64,000 bases of DNA. Origin: Eledone cirrhosa. Lineage: Eukaryota. The translations under genes and the position numbers were made by a program. The notes under the pieces were generated by a model. It ran no database searches. It saw only the letters and a list, made by a program, of their open reading frames with translations, and was not told the DNA's origin. Numbering within the stretch: the stretch's first letter is position 1; every line of letters starts with the position of its first letter. The stretch is taken from positions 24,862,001-24,926,000 of the forward strand of contig OZ024762.1 in assembly GCA_964016885.1 (NCBI GenBank), in the 5' to 3' direction. This document shows, in pieces, positions 29,200 through 43,345 of this stretch.

Positions 29200-29460
29200 A
29201 GTGGAATTGACGGCATTCCGTCGGTTACGACGATGAGTGTTCCAGTTGATCCGATTAACGGAACAGCCTGCTCGTGAAATTAACCTGCAAGTGACTAAGC
29301 ATTCCACAAACACGCGTTCCCTTAACGTAGTTCTCAGGGAGATTCGGCATGACGCAGAATACGAGAAGGCTGGCTCTTCGAAGTAAATGTATAACTCATT
29401 TTTGCCAGCTGAGTTGACTGGAGCAACGTGAAATAAAGTGTCTTGCTCAAGGACAAAAGA
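29200..29460 (-). mobile_element. SINE family B (CORE-like domain) fragment
   Basis: agctgagttgactggagcaacgtgaaataaagtgtcttgctcaagg is shared with 41580-41705, 48955-49095 and 58140-58250. Confidence 0.7.
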
Positions 29461-29485
29461 GGAGTTTGACTGGCTAAATTGTTTA

Positions 29486-29533
<48 letters not shown>

Positions 29534-29669
29534 GTAATAAACAACATAAGATAATTATTTCATTTACCAGTTGTTTCTTGAAAGCAAACAAATCTGCTTT
29601 CAGTCGGCAGAATGAAAACAACCTACATAGAGCACTCTATTTTCCTGGATCTTTCCGACGGAATTACTT

Positions 29670-29748
<79 letters not shown>

Positions 29749-30349
29749 GATATTGATTGACATATATATATATCTAAAATAAACATATGAAACGATCACA
29801 GGGAGTAATTTGTAAAAGTGTGTAAGCACATATAGCTAGGTAGGTAACTAATTAAAGTTTCACTAGTACTTTAAATATAGATACCTTATAAATTGATTAA
29901 TCTTCCGTGTATATATTTCATTAAAGAAATATATTTCACCATCAATCGATCGGTAAACCACAGTAGCAAACACGTATTTTCAACAAGGGAGAAGATTTAA
30001 CTATCTGTGTTTACACGGCAAATTCAAATCTGCGAATGACTAGCAGCACATGTTGCATTTTTAAAAAGTACACACATCGTACCAGCTTCATCCCAGTGGC
30101 GTGATTAGGGTTAACGACAACTAGAAATAGCACCCGAGTCCTTTCAACCGAGTTAGCTTTACAAATAAGGGGCCGTATATATATCCAAAATTAAATTGAA
30201 TTTGCTGTGCAAATATATATATATATATATATTAATAATAATAAATTTGAAGACTAAAATCAAAAGAGGGCTCGATAAGGATAAATATATATCAAATATA
30301 TAAGAACCGTAGAGCAATCTGCTATTTTAATAAATATATATATATATAA

Positions 30350-30452
30350 ATGGCTTCTACGGGACTAGAACTGTTTTATTCGAAGGAAATCACCAGGAAA
30401 ACATTATTGATGATTTCCTTCGAATGAAAGAGTTCTCGTCCTGTAGAAGCCG
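30350..30452. repeat. Diverged fold-back inverted repeat
   Basis: ggcttctacgggac..ttcgaaggaaatca / tgatttccttcgaatGAAA..gtcctgtagaagcc. Confidence 0.75.
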
Positions 30453-31204
30453 CTTTAATATTAAATTTATTGTTTACACTCGACTAATGTATTGTGTACC
30501 TTACTTACTGTGGTTAACCCCGATTGATTCCGGAACACTCTCTCTCTCCCTCTCTCTCTCTTTCACACACACACACGTACACACACACACACATATATAT
30601 AAGAAAAAAAAAGGAAAAGAATGACTTCACTTGTAGTCGGTATTCTAAACAATTTAATTTTACAATTTTGGTATGTAGATCTAATAGTTTACTTTTCTCA
30701 GTGTTGTCACTGAGATGTTCCGGGCATTGGAGATGGCCATATTGATGAGGTTCACCGGATATCCCTGCCTTTTAAGGAACCCTTTTAGATCCCATAGTCT
30801 TACTTCCTGTAGTGAGGGGTGCGTTAATATGGTGCAAATGCATCTTATATATATATATATATATAAGGGTGTGTATGTGGTGTGTGTATATGTATATATG
30901 TGTGTATGTGTATTTGTTTATATGTATGTGCACACAAACAAACACACAGAGATACAGACAGAACCATAACGGTTTACGAAAGATAAAAATAATCGGCGGA
31001 AAGAAATTCTAAGCAGCTGTACTCTCCTGATTATATTCTAAGTCGGCCAATGTAAAAGACAAGATGTCAGAAAATGAAGAGAATCTAATCATTTAATTCT
31101 TAGATTTTTATTAATTAAATTGGGATTTAAGCTACTTTTCTTTGCGAAGATCTCTTAACTTGGGATTAGATCAACTTAAAACGTGTAGTTCGCTGGAGTA
31201 AGAT

Positions 31205-32200
31205 GGAGGTTTTGGTGAAGATTGGTTTGGTGGTGGTTGTGGTGGTTGTGGTGGTTGTAGTGGTTGTGGTGGTGGTGGAATTTTGGTGGTTGTAGTGGTG
31301 GTGGGGATGGTGGAAATTTTGGGTGAGTTTCGATGGAATATGATGGAGATTTGGTGAAGATTGGTTTGGTGGTGGTTGTGGTGGTTGTAGTGGTTGTGGT
31401 GGTGGAATTTTGGTGGTTGTAGTGGTGGTGGGGATGGTGGAAATTTTGGGTGAGTTTCGATGGAATATGATGGAGATTTGGTGAAGATTGGTTTGGTGGT
31501 GGTTGTGGTGGTTGTGGTGGTTGTAGTGGTGGTGGTGGTGGAGGTGGTGGAATTTTGGTGGTTGTAGTGGTGGTGGGGATGGTGGAAATTTTGGGTGAGT
31601 TTCGATGGAATATGATGGAGATTTGGTGAAGATTGGTTTGGTGGTGGTTGTGGTGGTGGTGGTGGTGATGGTGGTTGTAGTGGTTGTGGTGGTGGTGGTG
31701 GCATTTTGGTAGAGATTGGTGGTGGCGTTGGAAGAACTGGTGGTGGTGGAAAGTTGGGCGAGTTTCGTAGAGTGTGATGGAATTTTAGTGGAGATTGGTG
31801 GTGGGGCTTGGAGTAATGGTGGTGGGGTGGGGGAGAGTTGGTGCAGTTTGGAGGGGGCGGGCTTGGGGGTAGGTAGATCGTGGTGGAGAGTTTTGGTGGA
31901 GATTGCTAGTAGTGATGGTGGTGGTGGGGAGTTAGGTAGGGCGTGGTGGAGCTTTGGTAAAAATTAGGTGTATAGGTGGTGAAGATTGGAGGAGTTTGGT
32001 CGTGGATGGTGGGGGTGTGGTGGGGTTTGGTGGTGGATGGTGGGGTGGGGTTTGGTGGTGGATGGTGGGGTGTGGTGGGGTTTGGTGGTGGATGGTGAGT
32101 GTGGTGGGGTTTGGTGGTGGATGGTGGGTGTGGTGGGGTTTGGTGGTGGATGGTGGGGTGTGGTGGGGTTTGGTGGTGGATGGTGGATGGTGGGGTGTGG
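31205..32200. repeat. GGT-rich tandem repeats (about 130-145-bp unit x4, then about 30-bp unit)
   Basis: Recurrent tttgggtgagtttcgatggaatatgatggagatttggtgaagattgg, then ggtggatggtggggtgtggtggggtttggt. Confidence 0.9.
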
Positions 32201-32728
32201 TAGAGCTTGAAGGCAAAATACTCGGCGGATACCAAGGATGCTGTGAAATGGAAATAAGCGGAACAGCGAGATAGGGAGCCAATAATAAATAAATTATGAT
32301 ACGGGGTGGGGGAGAACGTGTGAGGGGGAAAGAGACAGTTAGGTTGTGAGAGTGTGTGAGTGAAAAGGATATATATAGAGAGAGACTGAGAGAGAAAAAG
32401 AATGATAGAGAGAAGGTGAGAGAGAACAACAATGTTGTGAGTGGTTGAGAGTAAGAGGGAGATATATATATATATAGATAGAGAGGCAGAGAAAGAGAGA
32501 GAGAAAGAGTGTAAGAGAGAAGGTGAGGGAAATTGAGCGGGAGAGAGAAAACAGTGAGGTTGTGAGTGTTGAGAGTGAAATGGAGATATATATGAACAGA
32601 GAGACTGAGAGAGAAATAAATGAAAGAGAGAAGGTGGGGGAAATAGAGAGAGAGAGAGATAGAGAGAGAGAGATAGAGATAGAGAGAGAGAGAGAGAGTG
32701 AGGCTGTGAGTATGCGAGAGTGAGAGGC

Positions 32729-32763
<35 letters not shown>

Positions 32764-32967
32764 TATATATATATATATAACGAAGGAAATGTGGTAAGGA
32801 ACCAGGTGGACCATAACGCACCAAAGTACTCAATACTTAGGGTAGTAGAGTGGGTAATAGGAACAAGTAAGACCCCGACGGCTGAGCTCAAGCCGTTTCG
32901 ACGGCTAATTCTGAGCTCAGCCGTCGGGGTCTTACTTGTTCCTATATATATATATATATATATACAT

Positions 32968-33054
<87 letters not shown>

Positions 33055-33110
33055 AATTGAAACAAAATGAAAACGAAATTTCATTTCTCACTCTTAGTAT
33101 GGCACTTACT

Positions 33111-33171
33111 TAAATGTAAGTATGCATGTATACGTACATACATATATGTATACAGACGTACAGTAGCATGC

Positions 33172-33202
<31 letters not shown>

Positions 33203-33302
33203 TATATACATATGCATACAGGTACACATACATATATGCACGTTAGCGCCGCTAAACTGATACGTGCATATATGTATGTGTACCTGTATGCATATGTATA
33301 TA

Positions 33303-33390
<88 letters not shown>

Positions 33391-33443
33391 TGCTACTGTA
33401 CGTCTGTATACATATATGTATGTACGTATACATGCATACTTAC

Positions 33444-33448
<5 letters not shown>
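33111..33448. repeat. Nested palindrome containing asymmetric (TA)n tracts
   Basis: Outer arms 33111-33173 and 33386-33448. Inner arms 33209-33243 and 33262-33296. Confidence 0.85.
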
Positions 33449-33533
<85 letters not shown>

Positions 33534-33714
33534 TAATAAAAACAATGAAATTGAAACAAAGAACAAGTTCCTTATATTAAAACATTCACCATTTTACGAT
33601 CGTTTCTGGGATATATATGTGTGTGTTGGTATGTATATCATATAGATCTATGTAAAAATATTACAAACTATCAGAGGAAATATACATACCTTCACATATA
33701 TATGCTGTCTTCAG

Positions 33715-34254
33715 ATTGCTCCTTGCGTATGGGTTGGACTTAGTGATAGCTTTCCATAGAATGGAGTAGTCTATACTTGAGTCCTTGAGGGGCCATACGT
33801 GGCTCACGAGCTTCCACCTGACTCGTCCCATGGACTGAGTACTCTACCACTACGGATATTACCTTCCAGTGTTCTACCACTAAATAATTGTTTCTACTGT
33901 TGGCACAAGGCCAGCAAGTACCCAGTGCATTACTGGTACTTTATTTTATCGACCCCGTAAGGATGAAAGGCAAAGTTAACCTCGGCGGGATTTGAACTCA
34001 GACCATAAAGTGCCGTAACTCTTTGCTACAAAGCATGGCGTCCGACCCTCTACCGATACTGTCAATGATAAATATTGCGTATATTTGTCGTGTATTTACA
34101 CTAGTCGTCTCAGGGAGATAGAAGCTATGGAAATTGTCACTTATGAAGCTATGGAAATTGTCACTTATGAAAATTGATAAATGTTGTAGTTTAGGCGGAA
34201 ATGACGTCAGTTTCCTAACGGATATCCGAGCAGACAAAAGTGAACTATTTTAAT

Positions 34255-34298
<44 letters not shown>

Positions 34299-34645
34299 GG
34301 CAACGTACATATATATATATATACCCAAACCAGACAGTGAATGGAGTAGTCTATACTTGAGTCCTTGAGGGGCCATACGTGGCTCAAGAGCTTCTACCTG
34401 ACTCGTCCCATGGACTGAGTACTCTACCACTACGGATATTACCTTCCAGTGTTCTACCACTACATAATTGTTTCGTCTTTTGGCACAAGGCCAGCAATTA
34501 CCCAGTGCATTACTGGTACTTTATTTTATCGACCCCGTAAGGATGAAAGGCAAAGTTAACCTCGACGAGATTTGAACTCTATACGTCAAAGCATGGGGTC
34601 CGACCCTCTACCGATACTGCCAATTCACCGCCCTTTCTACCACTA
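33715..34645 (-). mobile_element. Composite of Naiad EN fragments (x2), SINE A (x2) and a copy of segment 13400-13945
   Basis: 33720-33880 and 34339-34460 match 6548-6635 and the inverse of 6078-6135. SINEs lie at 33883-34065 and 34465-34632. Confidence 0.75.
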
Positions 34646-34649
34646 CATA

Positions 34650-34841
<192 letters not shown>

Positions 34842-35457
34842 ATAATAATAAAATTGAAGACTAAAATATATATAAGGGCGGTGCCCCAGCATGGCCTCAG
34901 CCGGATGGCTGAAACAGGTAAAAGAGGTAAAAGAGTAATATATATATATTGGTAAACGGAATAGAAAATGCTGACAAATTGTTCACAGTGAAAAATAGTT
35001 TAATTAGGAATAAGTAAGAATTAGTAATAGTATTGGTTAGTATTCAGTTTTGGTTTTAAATGTTACCGGTTGCGCATTTCTAATGCTTTTCAAAAATAAT
35101 TTTGAGATAGAGCGTCCGTGATGTTTGCTCTGATCCGATTAGTTTTGGGAATTCTACCTGTTTTCATGTTAAAAAAGTGGCTCCAGCGGTATTAAAATAA
35201 ATTTTGCGCCAATTCGTGTTGCAAAAATTATTGTGGTCAAAATAAATTTAATTGGTCGGTAGAGGTCATGTGAATGTAAAAAATTGATTTTGCGCAAAAT
35301 GTAGGTTTGTGTCGGCTGACTGAGAAATGACTCTTTCACAACAAATATGTGTGTGTGTGTGTGTGTAGTAGTAGTAAAGTGTTCGTTGTTGTGATAATGG
35401 TCAGCAGGGTTGTGTGTGCGAACCGCAGCCTGTTGACAGTTCAAATGCCTATTAAGA

Positions 35458-35516
<59 letters not shown>

Positions 35517-35854
35517 CAGAGTAATTCGTGGTAGAGGGATGGTCAGTAGGAATGTGTCTGAAAGTGAGTGGGGGATATTTTAACATGTTAAAATATATTT
35601 TTCAGCTCTTGTCTTATATATATATATATAATAAAGATAGATAGATAGGTAGATAGACAGATAGATAAAGAAAGAATGTAAAACAATGAATAGGGAAGAT
35701 TGAAAACTCGAGATTTATAGTGAAGTAGAAAAAACTGATTGACACACACATATATGTATGTGTCACTATATATGTGACCTGTTACTTTTCTCTAAAAGCA
35801 TGTTTTCCAATTCCACCCCGCCCGTCGCTTCAATCTTTCTAATTTATATTTTTT

Positions 35855-35890
35855 TCTTCTGATGAAGGACCAGCGTCCGAAATGTTAAGA
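35855..35890 (+). ncRNA. Minimal type-I hammerhead ribozyme
   Basis: tctt-CTGATGA-a-ggac cagc gtcc-GAAA-tg-TT-aaga. Confidence 0.75.
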
Positions 35891-35974
35891 CCCTCTTCCT
35901 GATATTTCAAGCGTTAACCTAATACATTCCTTCCATATACTGTACCGATTGAGTTGTTATTTTTGTTTACCTTT

Positions 35975-36005
<31 letters not shown>

Positions 36006-36201
36006 GTATATATATATATACATATCTATATATATATATATATAGCGCAGGAAGTGTGGTATGGAACCAGGTGGACCCTAACGTACCAGAGTACTCGATA
36101 CGTAGGGTAGTAGAGTGGGTAACAGGAAAAGAATCAGGACCCCAACGGTTGAGTTCCGGCCGTTTCGGGGTCCTGACTCTTTTCATATGTATACACACAC
36201 G

Positions 36202-36283
<82 letters not shown>

Positions 36284-37875
36284 ATAAAATAACAGGAGGC
36301 TGGACTGGTGTAAATCCTTGAAAGGTTTATTATACTATGATCACTTCAATTACTTGTTTCCATAGGAATTCGGTGATATCATCAGGTATTGGAATATAAC
36401 AAAGGAATATGTAAAAAACCAAGGGTCCGAAAAATCAGAGACAGAGACAGAGAGGACGACTGACCAACTAGCTGCCTTCACCTCGGCCAGTCGCCCTCAA
36501 AGTGATGGCAACTCAATCTACTAATGACCATCTGGTGAGGAGGCGAAGGCTTATAATGCACTACCACCTCTCCGTCAAAGAAAAAGGGGAAGAAAGAAAG
36601 AAAGGAGGAAAGAAGTCAGCGTAAAGGTCACACTATATTCATGCTAGAAAACGCCGCGAAAAATGCTACTCCAAAGAATCTATATTTAACAAAGGCATAT
36701 ATAATGGGTGTCTGTATGGTCTAATGTGTGAACCGAAGATTGGAACGTTAAACTTATGTTACGAGTTATGGGATGAAATTAAATTAAAAAATATTAAATT
36801 GCAAAATGATAAATAGAAAAATAAATTATTAGAAAATTAAAGGTTAAGGTAGCGAGATTTATTTAATGAACTTACAGAGAGAGTCTTATATGAAAAAGTT
36901 AATCTCGATAAGATATCAGGATGGGATATAGAGTAAAGATTTCGATTGCGAGTCCCAGCCAGCACCCCCCTACCACGAGTCAGCCAGTTTCGAGTGGTAT
37001 CGTCCAGCGAAAGAAATGGAAATTAATTTTTCCGAGTACTCTAGGAACGTAGCCACCTTAGGCCCCGGGAGTGCTAGCGGGAGGTCTACAATTTCGACAA
37101 GCCATCGTCTATACCAAACGAATATTATTAATTGATACATGAAAGGTTTATTTATGTGCCAGTAGAGGCATAATACAGCTAACAGTTATGCCTAAACCTG
37201 GAGTTTATAGGTATAAGTATAATATGGCGGTCAAAACAAGCGGCGCGGTAGGACCGGGGCAAAGATCCGCTCCGAGTAATTTCGTTTACCGAAAGAGGGG
37301 AAATTTATTTTTCCAAGCACTCAAGGAAAGCTGAACTTTCCGAGTGCCCAGCGCGCAGCCGGGAAAAGCCACCACATAAGTCGAAGGTAGCAACCCAATG
37401 AAAAGTGCAAATAGACCATAATTATTTTAAAGTCCCAGTTAGTCCGGTAAGATGTAGAAAGACGGAAGTATATAAGAACGTATCGGAGGAATCACAGTAA
37501 AGGGGAATACAATATAGATCAAGTTGTAGTAAGATAATACATGTTGTACATATAGATATAGAGGATGGAGGAGATGGAATTGTAACCTAGTGTAAAATTC
37601 GGGTGTCCGAATTCAGTGTGAGTTTAAAAAAAGTCCTGATGTATAGAGTAGAGAATTCAGTCAATACAATACATGTTTTAATATAATACGTAGAGTATTG
37701 TCGGAATCCGAATCTTCCCGACAAGGAAGCAGTATCGGGTGGGCGGTAGATAAATCACAGAGCAGCCAAAATCCGAATGGTAAGTAGATCAGTTAATCCC
37801 ATGCTGGCAATAGCTGTACACTGAAGTCAGTGCAGCTGTTCAATATTACACTTGGAAGTGCTCAACATTATTGGA

Positions 37876-37959
<84 letters not shown>

Positions 37960-38032
37960 GCGAGAGTGAGAGAAACGGAGGAGAATGTGAGAGAATGACT
38001 AAAAAAAAAAATTACAAAACAAGGAATTACAA

Positions 38033-38553
38033 TCTATATATATATAAAACTGATGTTGTCTGTGTGTGTCCTCATTTTTGCAAAGTCTATACAAATTCAC
38101 ATTTCTACTCTGATTGACTTCAAATTTACATTTCTATATTCCTTGCGGTCTAAAGATATTAACTGCAGCTCTTATTTTTCAATGTTAAAGGGGTGTTAGG
38201 CGCCGGTTATCCATCTACGTCGCGCTCTTATAATATCTGTTTGTATGCCTGGTTGTCTGCAGTACGACATTCTGACGAACATTGATGACGTATTATGTTC
38301 GCTATTATCCGTCCATTGCCAGGGAACGTCTTCACGAACCAAAGTATCGTCTTCCTGTTTTCCTTCGGTTGCAACGTTTTTCGAAATATTTAATTCTGCG
38401 TTCACAGATTGATGTTTTTAGTTTCAGAAGATCCCGTTAAGGGTGAAAGCAACGAGTCTTTGCTTAAATTTTAATCTGTTATTTTAATCTATATATGTAT
38501 GTATATAAAACTGAGGAAGGATGTATGTATGTATGTATGTGTGTATGTGTGTA

Positions 38554-38585
<32 letters not shown>

Positions 38586-39150
38586 AAACTCGAGAAGTAC
38601 CCAACCGATCTTTTTCAAGCTTTACATGTGTATTACCTATAATTCAGTGAGTGTTATGCACAAAAAAAAATTCAACTTTTTGATGCCCTAGGTGAAAAAC
38701 TGCGTTTTTTCCAGACTTTTAAGGGTCTTTTCAGGCGTTACGTCAGACCGATTTCCTTGAAATTGTAACTATGTATTAGTCAGTCTCTTCTTCATACCGT
38801 AAGCAAAGAAAATCAAACTTTTCATGGCCTAGGGCCCGAATTAAGTGAAAAACTTCATTTTTTTCAGCTTTTTAGGGCTCTTGTGAGGCGTGACATCTAG
38901 CCGATTTTCCCGAAATTTCAAGACATATTATGCACATGAAAAAAATTCATTTTCTTGATCCCCTAGCATTAAGTGAAAACCTGCCTTTTTCCTCTTCATC
39001 GAAGAAAATCTTAGATCATCCAGCCATCAGAGTATTCGGTTTATTTTCTTTACATATTGTCCAGGCATGCAGTTTTTCCACGATTAGGCCTGTTGGCGGC
39101 CCGCGTTCCAAAAATACCTTATCCCGTGCAACGTCGGATACCACTGCTAG
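38033..39150 (+). mobile_element. Non-autonomous Helitron(s) with two 5' termini (38033, 38488) and one 3' terminus
   Basis: A|TCTATATA..TAAAACTGA occurs twice. The 3' end is cccgtgcaacgtcgg..CTAG|T. Segment 38330-38487 is homologous to 3083-3243 inside the first Helitron. Confidence 0.7.
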
Positions 39151-39229
39151 TAATTAATAAAACCAACAAAATTTTAAGAAGAAATTTTGTAAAATAAACA
39201 AAAAAAAACAAGCAAGGAACCATTACAAA

Positions 39230-39752
39230 CAAAGACCACCACGACTACCACTATCAACACTACCAACAACACCACCACCACCACTAACAACAGCACCACT
39301 ACTACTACCAACAACACCTCCACCACCACCACCAACAACACCACCGCCACCACTACCAACAACAACAACAACAACACCATCACCAACAAGAACAACAACA
39401 ACAACACAACACCACCACCACCATCAATACCAACACCACCAACACCAATAACACGACCAACACCAACAACACCACCACCATCAGCACCAACAACACCACC
39501 ATCACCACCAACACCACCATCACCACCAACACCAACAAGAACACCAACACCACCACACCCACCACCACCAACACCACCACCACCACCACCAACACCAACA
39601 CAAACAACAACACCAACACCACCAACACCACTACTTCCACCACCACTGCCACTAACACCACCACCACCACCGACACCACCACCACCACCACCACCACCAC
39701 TACCACTGCCACTAACACCCCCCCCCCCCACCAACAACACCAGCAACAACAA
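39230..39752. repeat. (CAC/CAA) low-complexity tract
   Basis: Read directly. Confidence 0.93.
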
Positions 39753-39852
39753 ACAAATAAATAATATGCTTAGATTTCGAGTTGATATAATTTTTCATTA
39801 ATTTATAAATGTTGCTTCGTAATCAGATAACACAAAGGATAAATGGCAGTGT

Positions 39853-41422
39853 ATGGGTGGGGAGGTTATGCGTGTGTCTGGGGTAGGTGGTGGGTGGGGA
39901 GGTTATGCGTGTGTCTGGGGTAGGTGGTGGGGTGTGGGGAGGTTATGTGTGTGTCTAGGTTGGGTGTTGGTGGGTGGGGAGGTTATGTGTGTGTCTGGGG
40001 TAGGTGGTGGGGTGTGGGGAGGTTATGTGTGTGTCTGGGGTAGGTGGTGGGGTGTGGGGAGGTTATGTGTGTGTCTGGGGTGGGCGGTGGGGTGTGGGGA
40101 GGTTATGTGTGTGTCTGGGGTGGGCGGTGGGGTGTGGGGAGGTTATGTGTGTGTCTGGGGTGGGCGGTGGTGTGTGGGGAGGTTATGTGTGTGTCTGGGG
40201 TGGGTGGGGAGGTGTGGGAGGTTATGTGTGTGTCTGGGGTGGGTGGGGAGGTGTTGGAGGTTATGTGTGTGTCTGGGTGGGTGGTGGTGTGTGGAGAGGT
40301 TATGCGCGTGTCTGGGGTGGGTGGGGAGGTGTGGGAGGCTATGTGTGTTTATGAGGCTGGGTGGTGGTGTGTGGGGAGGTTATGTGTGTGTTCTGGGTGG
40401 GTGGTGATGTGTGGGGAGGTTATGCCTGTGTCTGGGGTAGGTGGTGGCGTGTGGGGAGGTCATGTGTGTGTCTGGGGTAGGTGGTGGGGTGTGGGGAGGT
40501 TATGTGTGTGTCTGGGGTGGGCGGTGGGGTGTGGGGAGGTTATGTGTGTGTCTGGGGTGGGCGGTGGGGTGTGGGGAGGTTATGTGTGTGTCTGGGGTGG
40601 GTGGTGGTGTGTGGGGAGGTTATGTGTGTGTCTGGGTGGGTGGTGGTGTGTGGGGAGGTTATGACTGTGTCTGGGGTAGGTGGTGGTGTGTGGGGAGGTC
40701 ATGTGTGTGGCTGGTGTAGGCGGTGGGGTGTGGGGGAGGTGTTTAAGTTTGTCTGGGTGGGGAGGTTATGTGTGTCTGGGGTGGGGGTGTTGTGTGTGGG
40801 TGTGGAGTGTGGAGTGAGGAGGAGCTGTGCGTGTCTGAGGTGGGGGATGTAGTGAGGGTTAGTGTGGGGGATGTTTATGTCTGTCTGTGTTTATGGGTGT
40901 GTTGGGGCGGGGCGGGGCGTGTTTATGTATGTCTGAGTGTGGAGGTGAGGTGGAGTGTGTGATGTGGGGCGTTTACGTGTGTCGGGGTGGTGGTGGGGAG
41001 GATGTGGCTGTGTGGGGTGTTTATGTGTGAGTGGGGTTGGTTGTGGGGTGTGTGGAGGGGTTATCTGTGTCGGTGAGTGGAGATGGGGTGTGGAGGAGTT
41101 TGGGTTGGGGGTTTATGTGTATCTGTGAGCAGGGAGGGGGTGTGGAGTGTGGGTGGGGGCGTTTATGTGTGTCTGTGACTAGGGAAGGGGTGTGGAGTGT
41201 GTGTCTGTGAGTGAGGTGGGGAGGGTGTGTGGTGGGGGCTGCTTATGTGTGTCTGTGTTTAAGGGTGGAACTGGGGAAGGGTGTGGTGGTATTTATATTT
41301 GTCTGTGAGTGGGTGTGGGGGGATTGTGGTGGTGTGTCTGTGTGTGTGTGAGAGTGGAGGTGGGGTAGAGTGTGTGGTGGGCGGTGTTTTCGTGTGTCTG
41401 TGAGTGAAGGGGGAGGTGTGTG
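39853..41422. repeat. G-rich 40-bp minisatellite (ggggaggttatgtgtgtgtctggggtgggcggtggggtgt) decaying into G/T-rich sequence
   Basis: About 22 regular units to about 40740, then degenerate. Confidence 0.93.
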
Positions 41423-42324
41423 AAGAACATAAAACATAACTCAGTCCAAGAATCGAAACCACGACGTTATGCTCGAAAGTTTAACACACTTATCACTAGA
41501 GAAGACTAGACTTCCCCAGGACAAGACGCCAGTCCATCGTAGAGTTTAACCCCTGCCTATTGTTGTTGGTTGTTACTTTAAGCTGAGTAAACTGGAACAA
41601 CGTGAAATGAATTGTTTGCTCAATACAACAAAACTCAAACCAGTCCAGGAATCGAACTCACAACCTTATGACGATAAGTGCAACACACTTACCACAAGGC
41701 CACGCCAAATCCTATCCTTGGACAGGACTCCAGTCCATCTCAGGGTTAAACCCCCAGCTATTATTGCTAGTACTCATTTTTAGCAGAGTATACAGAAGTA
41801 AATTGAAACACAACCTAGCCCAAGTATCGAACCTACGACATTATGTCGGTACGTCCAACACACTTACCACTAGGCCACACATTTTTAATATAATGCGCCA
41901 TTTTAATGCATATACAATCATCTTTAAGTGTGTCTTGAAATTTAGTTCAATCTTATTTAGTTCATTTTTTTCAGGAATATTTGTCTGTGAAGTGTATTTT
42001 GAATGTGACGACCCAGTTGTACAATTAGATAAGTGTTTGGTGTCACGTCAGTTTATATTTATTTATTTATTTATTAATTCCAGTAATTTCATTAATGTCG
42101 CCAACAAAATTTAATTAATATACGACAAATAATTTAATTCTTACAAAAAACTAAAAATTAGAATACAAATATACAAAGTGTGTCGCCAGGGCTGAAAGTT
42201 TGAAACATGCTATTCCATATAATCATCCATACCAGTGACAAAAGAATAAAAATAAAAAAAATAATAATAATAAGTTTTTCTACTTTTGGCAATTAACCCA
42301 GTGCATTCTCTTGTGACACTAAAC

Positions 42325-42880
42325 TCCGCCAGTGTGCATCAACATGTGATATCTCTCTCCACAAAGTTTGATCACCAGCAGCAGAGTTTATAGAACAAAA
42401 ATCAAGTCCAGTCCATAGGTTGACATTATCAAGCCATCGTTTTGGCTGCCAACCTCTGCTTCTCTTACCAGCTAACCTTTCTTCCAGTAATATATAATAC
42501 CTTTCGATCACCAACAGCAGAGTTTATAGAACAAAAATCAAGTCCAGTCCATAGGTTGACATTATCAAGCCAGAGTTTTGGCTGCTGGCCTCTGCTTCTC
42601 TTACCAGCTAACCTTCCTTCCAGGCATAACCTACTCACACCACGAGTTGATCTTTTTATATGACCGTATAGTTTGAGTATTCTTGACTTGACAATTGATG
42701 TAATTGGACTAAGTCTGGTAATGTTGAGCAGCTCACTGATACATATACTGTCGCTGAGCCGCTTGCCAGTCATACGTCTCATGATGTGGTTCAGGAATAT
42801 AAAGAGCTTCTGAAGTGACCTTGTCGCCCAATTAACAGAGTCAAGACCATATAACAGAACTGGTAGGATGTAAGTATCGA
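42325..42880 (-). pseudogene. RTE-clade LINE 3' fragment (same family as 28130) with a 136-bp internal duplication
   Basis: MRRMTGKRLSDSICISELLNITRLSPITSIVKSRILKLYGHIKRS..LCLEGRLAGKRSRGQQPKLWLDNV. Confidence 0.82.
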
Positions 42881-42999
42881 TAGTGTTTTCGAGGTAGACT
42901 TAGATGGTAAAGGTGGTGTCAAGTTTCTTACAGGCATAGTTGTTTCAAGGCGCCGTTCGACCTGGCTACTAGGAAGTCTAGTAGCATGGCGACTTGTAG

Positions 43000-43345
43000 C
43001 ACGTGTTGTTGATCCCATGTTTATTGTGGGGGACTTACAATTAATAATATTTATCTTAGTTTTACGTTCAACAAACGTTGCTTGTTGGCGTAATTGCTTC
43101 GCTGTGAAGTGATTTAGCTCTGGGTGTATTTCGTCCCAGTGTAGCTTCATTCTGTTCATATAGCCAATGGAGGGATTGTTTTTTCCCATTTTATAACAAT
43201 TAAATAAATCATTATTAAGTTCGCAACTCCAAGAGAAATGCGATTTATAATTTCGGTTTCTTCTGTAGCTACAACTGAATAAAGTTTGTTTACCTTTCTC
43301 GTTCTTCTTCGGTACTCCACTGATGTTGTTGTTGTTGTCAGCCAT
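43000..43345 (-). pseudogene. Possible R4/Dong-like non-LTR element N-terminal fragment
   Basis: WSCELNNDLFNCY..GYMNRMKLHWDEIHPE..TAKQLRQQATFVERK resembles the W..E.N..CY..GY..RM..W..P..Q.L..Q N-terminal motif, as recalled for R4/Dong elements. Confidence 0.55.
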
